From positions 15,441 to 79,440 of the forward strand of contig JAIFWJ010000003.1 in assembly GCA_019661865.1 (NCBI GenBank): a stretch of DNA of 64,000 nt, written 5' to 3'. Below, in pieces: positions 36,628 through 49,043 of the stretch; within the stretch, counting starts at the first letter, position 1, and each line of letters opens with the position of its first letter. The notes under the pieces were generated by a model. That model saw only the letters and a list, made by a program, of their open reading frames with translations. It made no database searches and was not told where the DNA came from. The translations under genes and the position numbers were made by a program. The DNA comes from Candidatus Parcubacteria bacterium (GTDB lineage: Bacteria; Patescibacteriota; Minisyncoccia; Phycocordibacterales; Zambryskibacteraceae).

Positions 36628-36642
36628 TAAATTTTAAATAAA

Positions 36643-38565
36643 TTATATAAACTGGAAGTCTAAAGTTTTTCTTTCGTGATCTGCGTTTGTTAATTTCACT
36701 CTGACCCTGTCACCGAGGGAGTACTTTTTACCAGTGTTCTTGCCAATAACTGCATAGATCTTCTCATTTAATTCATAGTAGTCATCGGTCATGTCTTTCA
36801 AACGAACCATGCCTTCTGCTTTAGTATTAACTTCTTCCACATATATGCCCCACTCAGATACACCAGAGACGACAGCGTCGAAGTCTTCTCCCACATGAGT
36901 CTCCATGTACTCAACTTGTTTGTACTTGATGCTTGTACGTTCTGCATCGGCTGCTTCTATCTCACGCTCGGATGCTTCATCGGAAAGTCTCTGATACTTT
37001 ATCATTTCATCTTGTTCGATCATCCCTTTATCCAAGAATCTCTGAAGTAATCTGTGTACCAATAAGTCTGGGTATCTGCGGATAGGAGAAGTGAAATGAG
37101 TATAATACTCGAAGGCAAGACCGAAGTGTCCAATGTTTGAGGTCGAGTACACCGCCTTAGACATGGCGCGTATAGAAGCAGTCTTTATAAGCATCTCAGC
37201 AGGAGAACCTTCTACAGAACGGAGCATCTTGGCAATATTTTCTCCGGTGGTTTCTCCTTCTTTATTCTTAAGTTCGAAGCCGAGAGCCTTCACAAATGTA
37301 GCCAGATTTATAATTTTCTCTCGGTCTGGTGCATCGTGGATACGGTAAACAAATGCAGCTTTAGAGTTAGAAGTCTCTGCATGCATGTATGTAGCCACTT
37401 CACGGTTAGCAAGAAGCATGAAGTCCTCAACTAACTTGTGAGTATCTTTACGAACTTTCTTGAATACTTTGATTGGTCTGCCAGTATCATCGAGTTCGAA
37501 CTTCACTTCTTCAGTTTCGAAGTCTATAGCACCCATTTTGTATCTCTCTTCACGCAGTTTGTATGCCAATTCGTTAAGGAGTTTAAGTTCTTCATAAAAG
37601 ACACCGGACTTTTTATCCAAGATTTCTTGTGCTTCTTCGTATGTAAAACGTTTGTCGGAATTTATAAGTGTCTTCCCGAACCATCTGTGGGAGACCTCTC
37701 CTTCTTTATCTAATACGAACACGGAAGAGAATGCGTACTTGTCCTCATTTGCATTTAGTGAACAGAGATCGTTTGAGAGGATTTCAGGGAGCATCGGTAT
37801 GGTGCGGTCCACAAGGTATATGGAGGTGCCGCGCTTCTGTGCCTCATGATCAAGTTCAGACTTGGGGGTGACGAAGTGAGATACATCAGCTATGTGAATA
37901 CCAATTTCAAACTTCCCGTTATCTAAAATTTTTATTGATATGGCATCGTCGAAGTCCTTGGCATCGACTGGGTCTATGGTAAAGGTTGTTGTGTTTCTAA
38001 AATCTTTTCTGCCCTTAAGATGGTCCTCCTTTTCAAACTTTTTCTTCCAAGCTTCCGCTTCTTTCTCTACAGCTGGTGGGAAACCTACTTCGAACCCAGA
38101 TTCATAAACGATACCGAGCATCTCTGCATTATGCTCACCAGCACGGCCAATGATACGAAGTACACGGCCGTGTGGACTCTTGAGCGGATCTTCCCATTTA
38201 ATCAGCTCTGTCTGGACCTTGCTCCCAGATTCTGCACCTTGTGACTCGCCTTTAGGGATGAAAATATCTCTGTACATGCGCTTGTCGTCAGGTACCACGA
38301 AGCCGTCTCCCATAGTGTCATCAGCTTTTTCAAATGTGCCGACGAAGGCCGTCTTTCTACGACGTACGATTTCTACGACCTTGGCCTGTTTCCTACTAAA
38401 TCTCTCTGTACCCATGGGCACGACCTTAACAGTGTCGCCGTTAAGAGCAGTTTTAAGATTTTCAGGTTGTACTTCGAAGTCCTCCTCCATTTCCGGGATG
38501 GGGAAATAGCCTATACCCTTGCCTGTGACTCGTATAACGCCTTCCAGTGGATTCATGATTTGCAT
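36643..38565 (-). CDS. rnr: ribonuclease R (RNase II family exoribonuclease)
   Basis: RNB catalytic domain motifs and C-terminal S1 domain; 640 aa. Confidence 0.85.
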   Translation of the reverse strand: MQIMNPLEGVIRVTGKGIGYFPIPEMEEDFEVQPENLKTALNGDTVKVVPMGTERFSRKQAKVVEIVRRRKTAFVGTFEKADDTMGDGFVVPDDKRMYRDIFIPKGESQGAESGSKVQTELIKWEDPLKSPHGRVLRIIGRAGEHNAEMLGIVYESGFEVGFPPAVEKEAEAWKKKFEKEDHLKGRKDFRNTTTFTIDPVDAKDFDDAISIKILDNGKFEIGIHIADVSHFVTPKSELDHEAQKRGTSIYLVDRTIPMLPEILSNDLCSLNANEDKYAFSSVFVLDKEGEVSHRWFGKTLINSDKRFTYEEAQEILDKKSGVFYEELKLLNELAYKLREERYKMGAIDFETEEVKFELDDTGRPIKVFKKVRKDTHKLVEDFMLLANREVATYMHAETSNSKAAFVYRIHDAPDREKIINLATFVKALGFELKNKEGETTGENIAKMLRSVEGSPAEMLIKTASIRAMSKAVYSTSNIGHFGLAFEYYTHFTSPIRRYPDLLVHRLLQRFLDKGMIEQDEMIKYQRLSDEASEREIEAADAERTSIKYKQVEYMETHVGEDFDAVVSGVSEWGIYVEEVNTKAEGMVRLKDMTDDYYELNEKIYAVIGKNTGKKYSLGDRVRVKLTNADHERKTLDFQFI

Positions 38566-38614
38566 ACTATATCAGACGTTGACCAGAGCCCCAATCCTTG
38601 ATACTCTAAGGCCC

Positions 38615-38977
38615 ATGCTAAAAATGAGGTTACAGAGAGTGGGGAGGAAACACGAGCCTACATTCAGGCTTGTTTTAACTGACTCGAAGAACTCTACTAA
38701 GAGCGGCCGATTCAAGGAGATTCTTGGATCCTTCGATGCTAGGAAGACCACAGAGGCCTTCAAGACAGAGCGCATCAACCATTGGCTCTCCCAGGGTATT
38801 AGTCTTACTCCTACAGTTCACAATCTTTTCATTACCCACGGACTCATAAAGGGCACTAAGAAGAATGTCCTCCCTAGAAAGACTCCTATAGTTAAAGAAG
38901 TTAAGGAAACTCCAGTAGTAGAAACGCCTGTTGAGGCAGTAGCAGAGACTCCAGTATCTACAGAGACCGAGGCTTAA
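38615..38977 (+). CDS. rpsP: 30S ribosomal protein S16 with C-terminal ETPV-repeat extension
   Basis: MLKMRLQRVGRKHEPTFRLVLTD; track ORF begins at upstream TTG 38519, conserved start is ATG 38615. Confidence 0.85.
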   Translation: MLKMRLQRVGRKHEPTFRLVLTDSKNSTKSGRFKEILGSFDARKTTEAFKTERINHWLSQGISLTPTVHNLFITHGLIKGTKKNVLPRKTPIVKEVKETPVVETPVEAVAETPVSTETEA

Positions 38978-39042
38978 CCATGTTACAATAGAGTAAGGCA
39001 GCGAGACGCTGCATGCACATTTATTCCACATAACTGACCAAC

Positions 39043-39366
39043 ATGACTGACGATACGCAATTTCTTGAATTCGTGGTGAAGGCGCTTGTCGACCATCCGA
39101 ACGATGTAAAGATACAAAGAACAGTAGATGAAATGGGAGTGCTTATGACTCTCGACGTCCATCCCGACGATATGGGCAAGGTTATCGGCCGCTCAGGTAA
39201 TACTGCCAAGGCCATCCGCATACTTTTGAGAGTGGTAGGTATGAAAAATAATGCCCGTGTGAATTTAAAAATAAATGAGCCTCAAGGCGGACCCTCACGT
39301 GATGAGCGTAATTCCTACGCAGGCAAGTCGCTCGACCAAGCGATGCAAGATTTAGATTTGGGATAA
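39043..39366 (+). CDS. KH-domain RNA-binding protein (YlqC/UPF0109-like)
   Basis: KH motif VIGRSGNTAKAIR; conserved position after rpsP. Confidence 0.75.
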   Translation: MTDDTQFLEFVVKALVDHPNDVKIQRTVDEMGVLMTLDVHPDDMGKVIGRSGNTAKAIRILLRVVGMKNNARVNLKINEPQGGPSRDERNSYAGKSLDQAMQDLDLG

Positions 39367-39386
39367 ATTAGATAAAAAGATAAAAG

Positions 39387-39413
39387 AAACGCCGGCCCAT
39401 AGGGTCGGCGTTT
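39387..39413 (-). terminator. 12-bp stem hairpin (AAACGCCGGCCC-ATA-GGGTCGGCGTTT) whose U-tract (CTTTTATCTTTTTATC) is on the minus strand
   Basis: orientation suggests termination of a minus-strand transcript from the 39436..39750 gene. Confidence 0.6.
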
Positions 39414-39415
39414 CG

Positions 39416-39441
39416 CGTGTGGTTAGAGCGTGTGGTTAGAG
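39416..39441. repeat. exact tandem duplication CGTGTGGTTAGAG x2
   Basis: seen directly, adjacent to the hairpin. Confidence 0.7.
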
Positions 39442-39750
39442 GTAGAGAATGGCGTCCTGGTGATTTCGACTGGGATGAGAAACCCTCCATGTGCGAAATC
39501 CCTTTCCAATCTCATTCATGCAGTGAAGCAGGAAGAGACAGAAGGAGATTATACAGATGATTGCCATGAGATCCATGCTGAATCCCAATACCTGGCATTC
39601 CCAGTTCGACATTGGAACGAGTGTTCTCCCACTTTTGAAGATGAGAGCCGCATCCTCGAACGACTTGGCACTAATCCCAAGAAGGGAAGAGCCGATGACG
39701 GTGAAGCTGAGCCACGACACGAAGCTGAAGAGGAACTTGATTTGACGCAT
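39436..39750 (-). CDS. hypothetical small hydrophobic protein, opposite strand, occupying the position where rimM normally lies
   Basis: SD GGGAGAG 2-4 nt before ATG; minus-oriented terminator downstream; competes with + strand ORF 39430..39792. Confidence 0.35.
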   Translation of the reverse strand: MRQIKFLFSFVSWLSFTVIGSSLLGISAKSFEDAALIFKSGRTLVPMSNWECQVLGFSMDLMAIICIISFCLFLLHCMNEIGKGFRTWRVSHPSRNHQDAILYL

Positions 39751-39850
39751 ATCTCTCCCGGAAGAGAAGGTGATGCTGCGCTGACTGTTTGAAGTATATC
39801 ATACTATTGTGAGACTTGTCAAGTAGGTAGAAATAGGCTAGGGTAGGGGA

Positions 39851-40501
39851 ATGGAATTTCATATTATTAGCCTTTTTCCCAAGGCCTTCGACTCCTATCT
39901 CGGCGAGTCAATTTTGAAGCGTGCCATAGAAGATAAGAAGCTTAAGGTCTCTTTCTATAACCCTCGGGATTTTGCAAATAATAAATGGAGTCGCATCGAT
40001 CGTCCGCCATATGCTGGCGGTCCAGGTATGGTTATTCAGGCCGAGCCAGTCGTTAAAGCAATTGAAGCTGCGAAGAAAAAAATTGGTAATAAGAAATATA
40101 AAATAATTTTCTTGAGTCCGTCTGGTAAACAGTTTACGAATGAATATGCTAAGAAAGTAGCGAAGACTTATAAGCACATAATCATTGTCTCAGGTCGTTA
40201 TGAAGGTATAGATGCCAGAGTGAAAAAGGTTTTCAAAGTGGAAGATATATCTATAGGCCCTTTTGTACTCACTGGCGGTGAGTTACCAGCTGAGATTATC
40301 ATTGATGTAGTATCACGCCAGGTTCCGGGTATACTCGGAAACTTCGGTTCATTAGAAGAGTCTCGTACTACATCTCCAGATGTTTATACTCGCCCAGAAG
40401 TCTTCAGATATAAAGGTAAGAACTACAAAGTGCCGAAGGTGCTTCTCTCTGGAAACAGAGCTAAAATTGAATTATGGAGAAAGAAACGAGCTGGAAAATA
40501 A
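39851..40501 (+). CDS. trmD: tRNA (guanine37-N1)-methyltransferase
   Basis: FHIISLFPKAF, SPOUT knot motifs, 216 aa. Confidence 0.9.
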   Translation: MEFHIISLFPKAFDSYLGESILKRAIEDKKLKVSFYNPRDFANNKWSRIDRPPYAGGPGMVIQAEPVVKAIEAAKKKIGNKKYKIIFLSPSGKQFTNEYAKKVAKTYKHIIIVSGRYEGIDARVKKVFKVEDISIGPFVLTGGELPAEIIIDVVSRQVPGILGNFGSLEESRTTSPDVYTRPEVFRYKGKNYKVPKVLLSGNRAKIELWRKKRAGK

Positions 40502-41505
40502 TTATCTTCGCTGCCTTGGTACTCTTGGTTCTTTCGCTTGTGTATCGCTCGAAGAGTGAGATAAAGTACTTCCAAAGTGTCAGCCAGAACATTGTACTTC
40601 CTCGAACCACAAGTGTTCTCTTCGTCGGTGACATAATGCTCGACAGAATGGTGAGACAGATCATTGACTCGAATGGATTCGAATCTATCGTGGAGAGTAT
40701 TCAGCCACTCTTCGCAAATCTTGATATGGCGGTAGGGAACCTGGAAGGAACCGTAACAGCTAATACCTCTCTTTCTGCCAAGAATTATAAAATTTTAAGA
40801 TTCACCTTCGCTTCGACTACCCTGCCAGCACTTAAGAGTCTGGGTTTCAATGTGCTCGGCCTAGCGAACAATCATGCACTCGACTTCGGTGCAGATGGAT
40901 ATGATGAAACTGTTAAGAATTTAGAGGCTGCAGGAATTTCTTTCTTCGGTTCCCCTCTTAATAATAAAAATTTATCTACCAAGGTCCGAGTGAATGATGA
41001 GGACATGTGTTTTATCGGTTTTCATGCACTTTATAATCCGGATGTATCTACAGTATTGGATGAGATAAATAAAGTTAAAGATGGTTGCAGCTTCCTGGTA
41101 GTCTTCGCTCATTGGGGAGTCGAATACAATCAGAAGGTCACAAATGCCCAGAGAGTATCTGCACACCAGTTTATAGATGTGGGGGCAGATCTAGTCTTGG
41201 GTGCACATCCACATGTCATAGAACCTGTGGAGGTTTATAAAGACAAGGCGATCTTCTACTCTCTAGGAAACTTCATCTTCGACCAGAACTTCTCTCTAGC
41301 CACTCGCCAGGGTCTCGCCGTAAGGATGGAGCTCTCGAAGTCGAAAGTTGACTACCACTTGATCGGTATTCAGATGGATAGAGACCACTTGGTATTTCCA
41401 GAAAAGGAAGCTTTCCAGCCCGAGACCAATATTCTTATTTCAGAGCTCTCAGAAGCTCTTAAACAGACAGTGGATATCGACTCTGTACTTGAGCTTTCTA
41501 GGTAG
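40474..41505 (+). CDS. CapA/PgsA-family metallophosphoesterase-like protein with N-terminal TM anchor
   Basis: GNLEG, GADLVLGAHPHV, SLGNFIFDQ motifs. Confidence 0.7.
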   Translation: MEKETSWKIIIFAALVLLVLSLVYRSKSEIKYFQSVSQNIVLPRTTSVLFVGDIMLDRMVRQIIDSNGFESIVESIQPLFANLDMAVGNLEGTVTANTSLSAKNYKILRFTFASTTLPALKSLGFNVLGLANNHALDFGADGYDETVKNLEAAGISFFGSPLNNKNLSTKVRVNDEDMCFIGFHALYNPDVSTVLDEINKVKDGCSFLVVFAHWGVEYNQKVTNAQRVSAHQFIDVGADLVLGAHPHVIEPVEVYKDKAIFYSLGNFIFDQNFSLATRQGLAVRMELSKSKVDYHLIGIQMDRDHLVFPEKEAFQPETNILISELSEALKQTVDIDSVLELSR

Positions 41506-41539
41506 TAGACTTATAAGTAGTTAATAGTCAATAAACAAT

Positions 41540-41959
41540 ATGAATTCACATTTTTGGGTTGCGGTTGTGGCTGCAATAGTTAACTTCGCTATAGGTTGGG
41601 CATGGTACTCGAAGCTCTTTGGCAAGACTTGGATGCATTATATGGGTATACAGAATATGCCAAGTCCTTCTGATCCTGAGATGAAGAAGATGATGACGAA
41701 GAGTATGATCATTAACTTCGTTACTACCTTCATTACCACTTACTTCTTCTACTCTATAGCTGTATCTATATACGGCGCTTCAGCAGGTCTCTCTAGCTTT
41801 ATCTTCCTGGCAATCATCATTTGGGTAGCATTCATGATGCCACTTGAGATAGGCAAGGTCTTATGGGAAAAGAAACCTTGGAAGCTTGTACTCTTAAACG
41901 GAGGCCAGCAACTTGTCTCCCTCATCGTCGCCGGTATCGTCTACGTCATCTGGTATTAA
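41540..41959 (+). CDS. DUF1761-like multi-pass membrane protein
   Basis: WAWYSKLFGKTWM N-terminal motif, four hydrophobic helices. Confidence 0.45.
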   Translation: MNSHFWVAVVAAIVNFAIGWAWYSKLFGKTWMHYMGIQNMPSPSDPEMKKMMTKSMIINFVTTFITTYFFYSIAVSIYGASAGLSSFIFLAIIIWVAFMMPLEIGKVLWEKKPWKLVLLNGGQQLVSLIVAGIVYVIWY

Positions 41960-41978
41960 TCTGCCTGTTCTGTCGTAA

Positions 41979-42010
41979 ACAAAGGCCCTAACTCTAGGGT
42001 CTTTGTTTGT
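41979..42010 (+). terminator. hairpin ACAAAGGCCCTA-ACTC-TAGGGTCTTTGT (12-bp stem with one G.U) followed by TTGT
   Basis: read directly downstream of DUF1761 gene. Confidence 0.5.
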
Positions 42011-42025
42011 AAAGTGGATAAGCAG

Positions 42026-42054
42026 TTGACACATTTTGGGACGTAATCTATACT
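42026..42054 (+). promoter_or_regulatory. sigma70 consensus-like promoter TTGACA-N17-TATACT about 140 nt upstream of rpoB
   Basis: hexamers and 17-nt spacer read from sequence. Confidence 0.5.
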
Positions 42055-42196
42055 ATGTTTATCTTCAACTGATTGAGTAATGGCATGAAGAAGGTAGCTA
42101 GAACCGTTTCTTCATAGATAAGTGCGATTTTTATAAGTTTTATAAAGGTTTAAGAACTCCGGGGTAGCTCCTCGTGAGTTAATCATCGTTATATAG

Positions 42197-45100
42197 ATGC
42201 CTACAACTACCAAAAAAAGGGAGAAGAAGTCTTTCGGTCGCTTCCGTGAGCCTCTCACGGACATGCCGGATCTTGTAGTATCCCAGGTGGAAAGCTTCAA
42301 GTGGCTAATTGAGAAGGGTCTTAAGGAAGTGTTCGAGGAGTTCTCTTCCATAAAGGATTTCTCAGAGAGGAAGTTCCAGTTAGACTTCGTCGGATTCGAA
42401 CTAGACAAGCCTAAGTTAACTGAGTATGAGGCTAAGGACAGGAAGGTCTCCTACGAGGCTTCTCTTAAGGTGCGCATTCGTTTAAAGAATTTTATTCAGA
42501 AGTCTGAGAAGGAGCAGGAGCTCTTCATGGCAGATCTGCCCCTCATGACTAACCATGGTACCTTCATTATCTCGGGTATCGAACGCGTCATCGTGCCACA
42601 ACTAGCACGATCCTTCGGCGTATTCTTCACCTCTCAAGAAGTTAAGGGTAAGAAGACCTTCGGAGCCAAGATCATCCCTGGTCGCGGTGCTTGGATCGAG
42701 TTCGAGACCGACCATGATGGAGTTATAAATGTCCGCATAGATAGAAAGAGGAAGTTCCCTGTAACAGTTCTTCTCCGCGCCTTCGGTGCTACTACTAATG
42801 AGAAGATTCTAGCTCTCTTTAACGATAAGCCTGAAGTGAAGCATTACATTGAGAAGACTCTTGCCAAGGATCACACCGTAAGCGCAGACGAATCGGTTAT
42901 TGAAATTCATAAGAAGCTCCGTGACGGAGACCTGGCAGCAGCCGACAATGCTCGAGAGTTCGTAGATTCGATCTTTAATGCCGAACGGTATGACTTCTCA
43001 CGGGTCGGACGTTTCCGTTTCAACAACAGGTTCGGTCTTAAAATGAGTGAGAAAGAGATGGACAGAAGGACTCTCTCTATGGATGATCTTTCCATCATCG
43101 TTTCCCACATCGCTCACTTGAATGCTACCCCTGGAAGTCCGGCGGACGACATTGATCACCTCGGAAGTCGTCGTGTGCGATATGTAGGTGAACTTTTCCA
43201 GCAGAAGATCCGTGTCGGTATGGCTCAGATAAAGAGAAATATTCAGAACAGAATGTCTACCAACGATACTGATGTCACTCTCCCAGTGCAATTCATTTCT
43301 CCTAAACCTCTTCAAGCTCGTATTAAAGAATTTTTCACTACTAACCAGCTCTCGCAGTTTATGCAGCAAGAGAATGCGCTTACAGAGATAGAACACTTGC
43401 GCACTCTCTCTGCTCTTGGCCCTGGAGGACTTAACCGCGCTCGTGCTGGATACGAAGTCCGCGATGTGCACCCTTCTCACTACGGCAGACTCTGTCCAAT
43501 ACATACACCTGAAGGACCGAACATTGGTCTCATCTTACGTCTTGCATCTTATGCTCGGGTAAATGACTTCGGCATGATTGAAACTCCTTACTCGGTAGTA
43601 GAGAAGGGAGTAGTAACAGGAGAAATTAAATTTCTAAATGCACTTGAAGAAGAGCAGTGGAATATCGCCCATGCCGCAACCTTAGTGGAGAATAACAAAA
43701 TTGTAGAAAAGATCGTTGATGTCCGTCACAAGGGTGAGCCTCATAATGTACGCCGCGAGGACGTGCACTACATAGACGTGGCTACTAACCAGGCCTTCTC
43801 CATTGCTACTTCGATGATCCCGTTTCTTAACCACGATGATGCTAACCGCGCACTGATGGGTTCGAACATGCAGAAACAGGCTACTCCTTGTATCTTGCCC
43901 GAAGCACCACTTGTCGCCACAGGTATAGAAGAGAAGGCTGTGAGAGACACAGGCAGACTTGTCCTTGCTCCAGAAGCTGGAGTAGTGACATTTGTCGATG
44001 GTAAAAAGGTTGTGATGAAAGGTAACTCTGGTAAGGAGCATACATTCCCACTAGTAAACTTCTCCATGACAAATGGCTTCACAGTATTTCATCAGAGACC
44101 TTCAGTCGAAATCGATCAGAAAGTGAAGAAGGGTGAGGTGCTTGCAGACACATCAGCCTCGGATGGTGGACAGATGGCACTTGGACAGAACATCCTTGTA
44201 GCCTTCATGTCATGGTCAGGATCGAACTATGAAGACGCTATCATTCTTTCAGAAAGACTTGTAAAAGAGTCGAAGTTTACATCAATCCATATAGAAGACT
44301 TCATTGTTAACGTTCGCGACACCAAGCTTGGGCCTGAAATTACTACTTGCGATATTCCAAACGTGGGCGAGTCGAAGCTCAAAAACCTTGCAGAAGATGG
44401 TATCGTCCGTGTCGGTGCAGAAGTTCGTCCCGGAGACATATTGGTAGGTAAGATTACTCCTAAGGGTGAGTCACAGTTAACTCCGGAAGAGCGCCTCCTC
44501 CGCTCCCTCTTCGGTGAGAAAGCAAGAGATGTAAAGGATACTTCCAAGCGCATGGAAGGAGGCAAGCGTGGACGTGTCATATCGGTACAAGTATTCTCTC
44601 GAGAGAGAGGAGACAAACTTGAGTCTGGAATTTTGAAGCAGATTCACATTCAAGTTGCTCAACTTAGAAATGTTTCAGTGGGAGACAAGCTTGCAGGTCG
44701 TCACGGTAACAAGGGAGTTATCTCGAAGATTTTACCCGTAGAAGAAATGCCTTACATGGCAGATGGAACTCCTATAGACATTATTCTTACACCTCTCGGT
44801 GTGCCGTCACGTATGAACTTGGGTCAGATTCTGGAGATGCATCTTGGTCTTGCTGCACACACACTTAATTACCAAGCCATCGTTCCTCCATTCGCAGGTG
44901 CGACTGAAGATGAAATTAAATCTGAACTTGTAAAAGCAGGATTTAAGCAGAGCGGTAAAGTGAGACTCTATGACGGTCGCACAGGAGAGCAATTCGATCA
45001 GGAGATTGCGGTCGGATACATGTATATCTTGAAACTTCACCATATGGTTGAAGACAAGATCCACATGCGCTCCATAGGTCCATACTCACTCATCACTCAG

Positions 45101-45382
45101 CAACCTCTGGGAGGCAAGGCTCAGAACGGAGGTCAGCGCTTCGGAGAAATGGAAGTCTGGGCACTCTTGGGTCACGGAGTAGGACACACTCTACGCGAGA
45201 TGTTAACTATTAAGTCTGACGATATCCAAGGACGCTCAGCCACCTTCGATTCTATTGTGAAGGGCGAGAAGATTCAGGAACCAGGTACTCCCGCATCATT
45301 TAATGTGCTTGTTAATAACCTTCGTGGTCTTGCTCTCGATGTAGATGTTGAGAAGGATCATAAAGAACCAAATAACGAATAG
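42197..45382 (+). CDS. rpoB: DNA-directed RNA polymerase subunit beta
   Basis: conserved rifampicin-cluster and catalytic regions, 1061 aa. Confidence 0.9.
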   Translation: MPTTTKKREKKSFGRFREPLTDMPDLVVSQVESFKWLIEKGLKEVFEEFSSIKDFSERKFQLDFVGFELDKPKLTEYEAKDRKVSYEASLKVRIRLKNFIQKSEKEQELFMADLPLMTNHGTFIISGIERVIVPQLARSFGVFFTSQEVKGKKTFGAKIIPGRGAWIEFETDHDGVINVRIDRKRKFPVTVLLRAFGATTNEKILALFNDKPEVKHYIEKTLAKDHTVSADESVIEIHKKLRDGDLAAADNAREFVDSIFNAERYDFSRVGRFRFNNRFGLKMSEKEMDRRTLSMDDLSIIVSHIAHLNATPGSPADDIDHLGSRRVRYVGELFQQKIRVGMAQIKRNIQNRMSTNDTDVTLPVQFISPKPLQARIKEFFTTNQLSQFMQQENALTEIEHLRTLSALGPGGLNRARAGYEVRDVHPSHYGRLCPIHTPEGPNIGLILRLASYARVNDFGMIETPYSVVEKGVVTGEIKFLNALEEEQWNIAHAATLVENNKIVEKIVDVRHKGEPHNVRREDVHYIDVATNQAFSIATSMIPFLNHDDANRALMGSNMQKQATPCILPEAPLVATGIEEKAVRDTGRLVLAPEAGVVTFVDGKKVVMKGNSGKEHTFPLVNFSMTNGFTVFHQRPSVEIDQKVKKGEVLADTSASDGGQMALGQNILVAFMSWSGSNYEDAIILSERLVKESKFTSIHIEDFIVNVRDTKLGPEITTCDIPNVGESKLKNLAEDGIVRVGAEVRPGDILVGKITPKGESQLTPEERLLRSLFGEKARDVKDTSKRMEGGKRGRVISVQVFSRERGDKLESGILKQIHIQVAQLRNVSVGDKLAGRHGNKGVISKILPVEEMPYMADGTPIDIILTPLGVPSRMNLGQILEMHLGLAAHTLNYQAIVPPFAGATEDEIKSELVKAGFKQSGKVRLYDGRTGEQFDQEIAVGYMYILKLHHMVEDKIHMRSIGPYSLITQQPLGGKAQNGGQRFGEMEVWALLGHGVGHTLREMLTIKSDDIQGRSATFDSIVKGEKIQEPGTPASFNVLVNNLRGLALDVDVEKDHKEPNNE

Positions 45383-45386
45383 TCTT

Positions 45387-49043
<3,657 letters not shown>

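Noticed and set aside
39430-39792. + strand 120-aa acidic ORF in the KH-trmD spacer
   Set aside because: GTG start without SD, no RimM-like motifs, and the local terminator is oriented for the minus strand. Kept as a possibility in the findings, but not called.
42998-43504. 168-aa minus-strand ORF; also 43682..44082, 48131..48523 and 48638..49006
   Set aside because: Antisense ORFs inside rpoB and rpoC.
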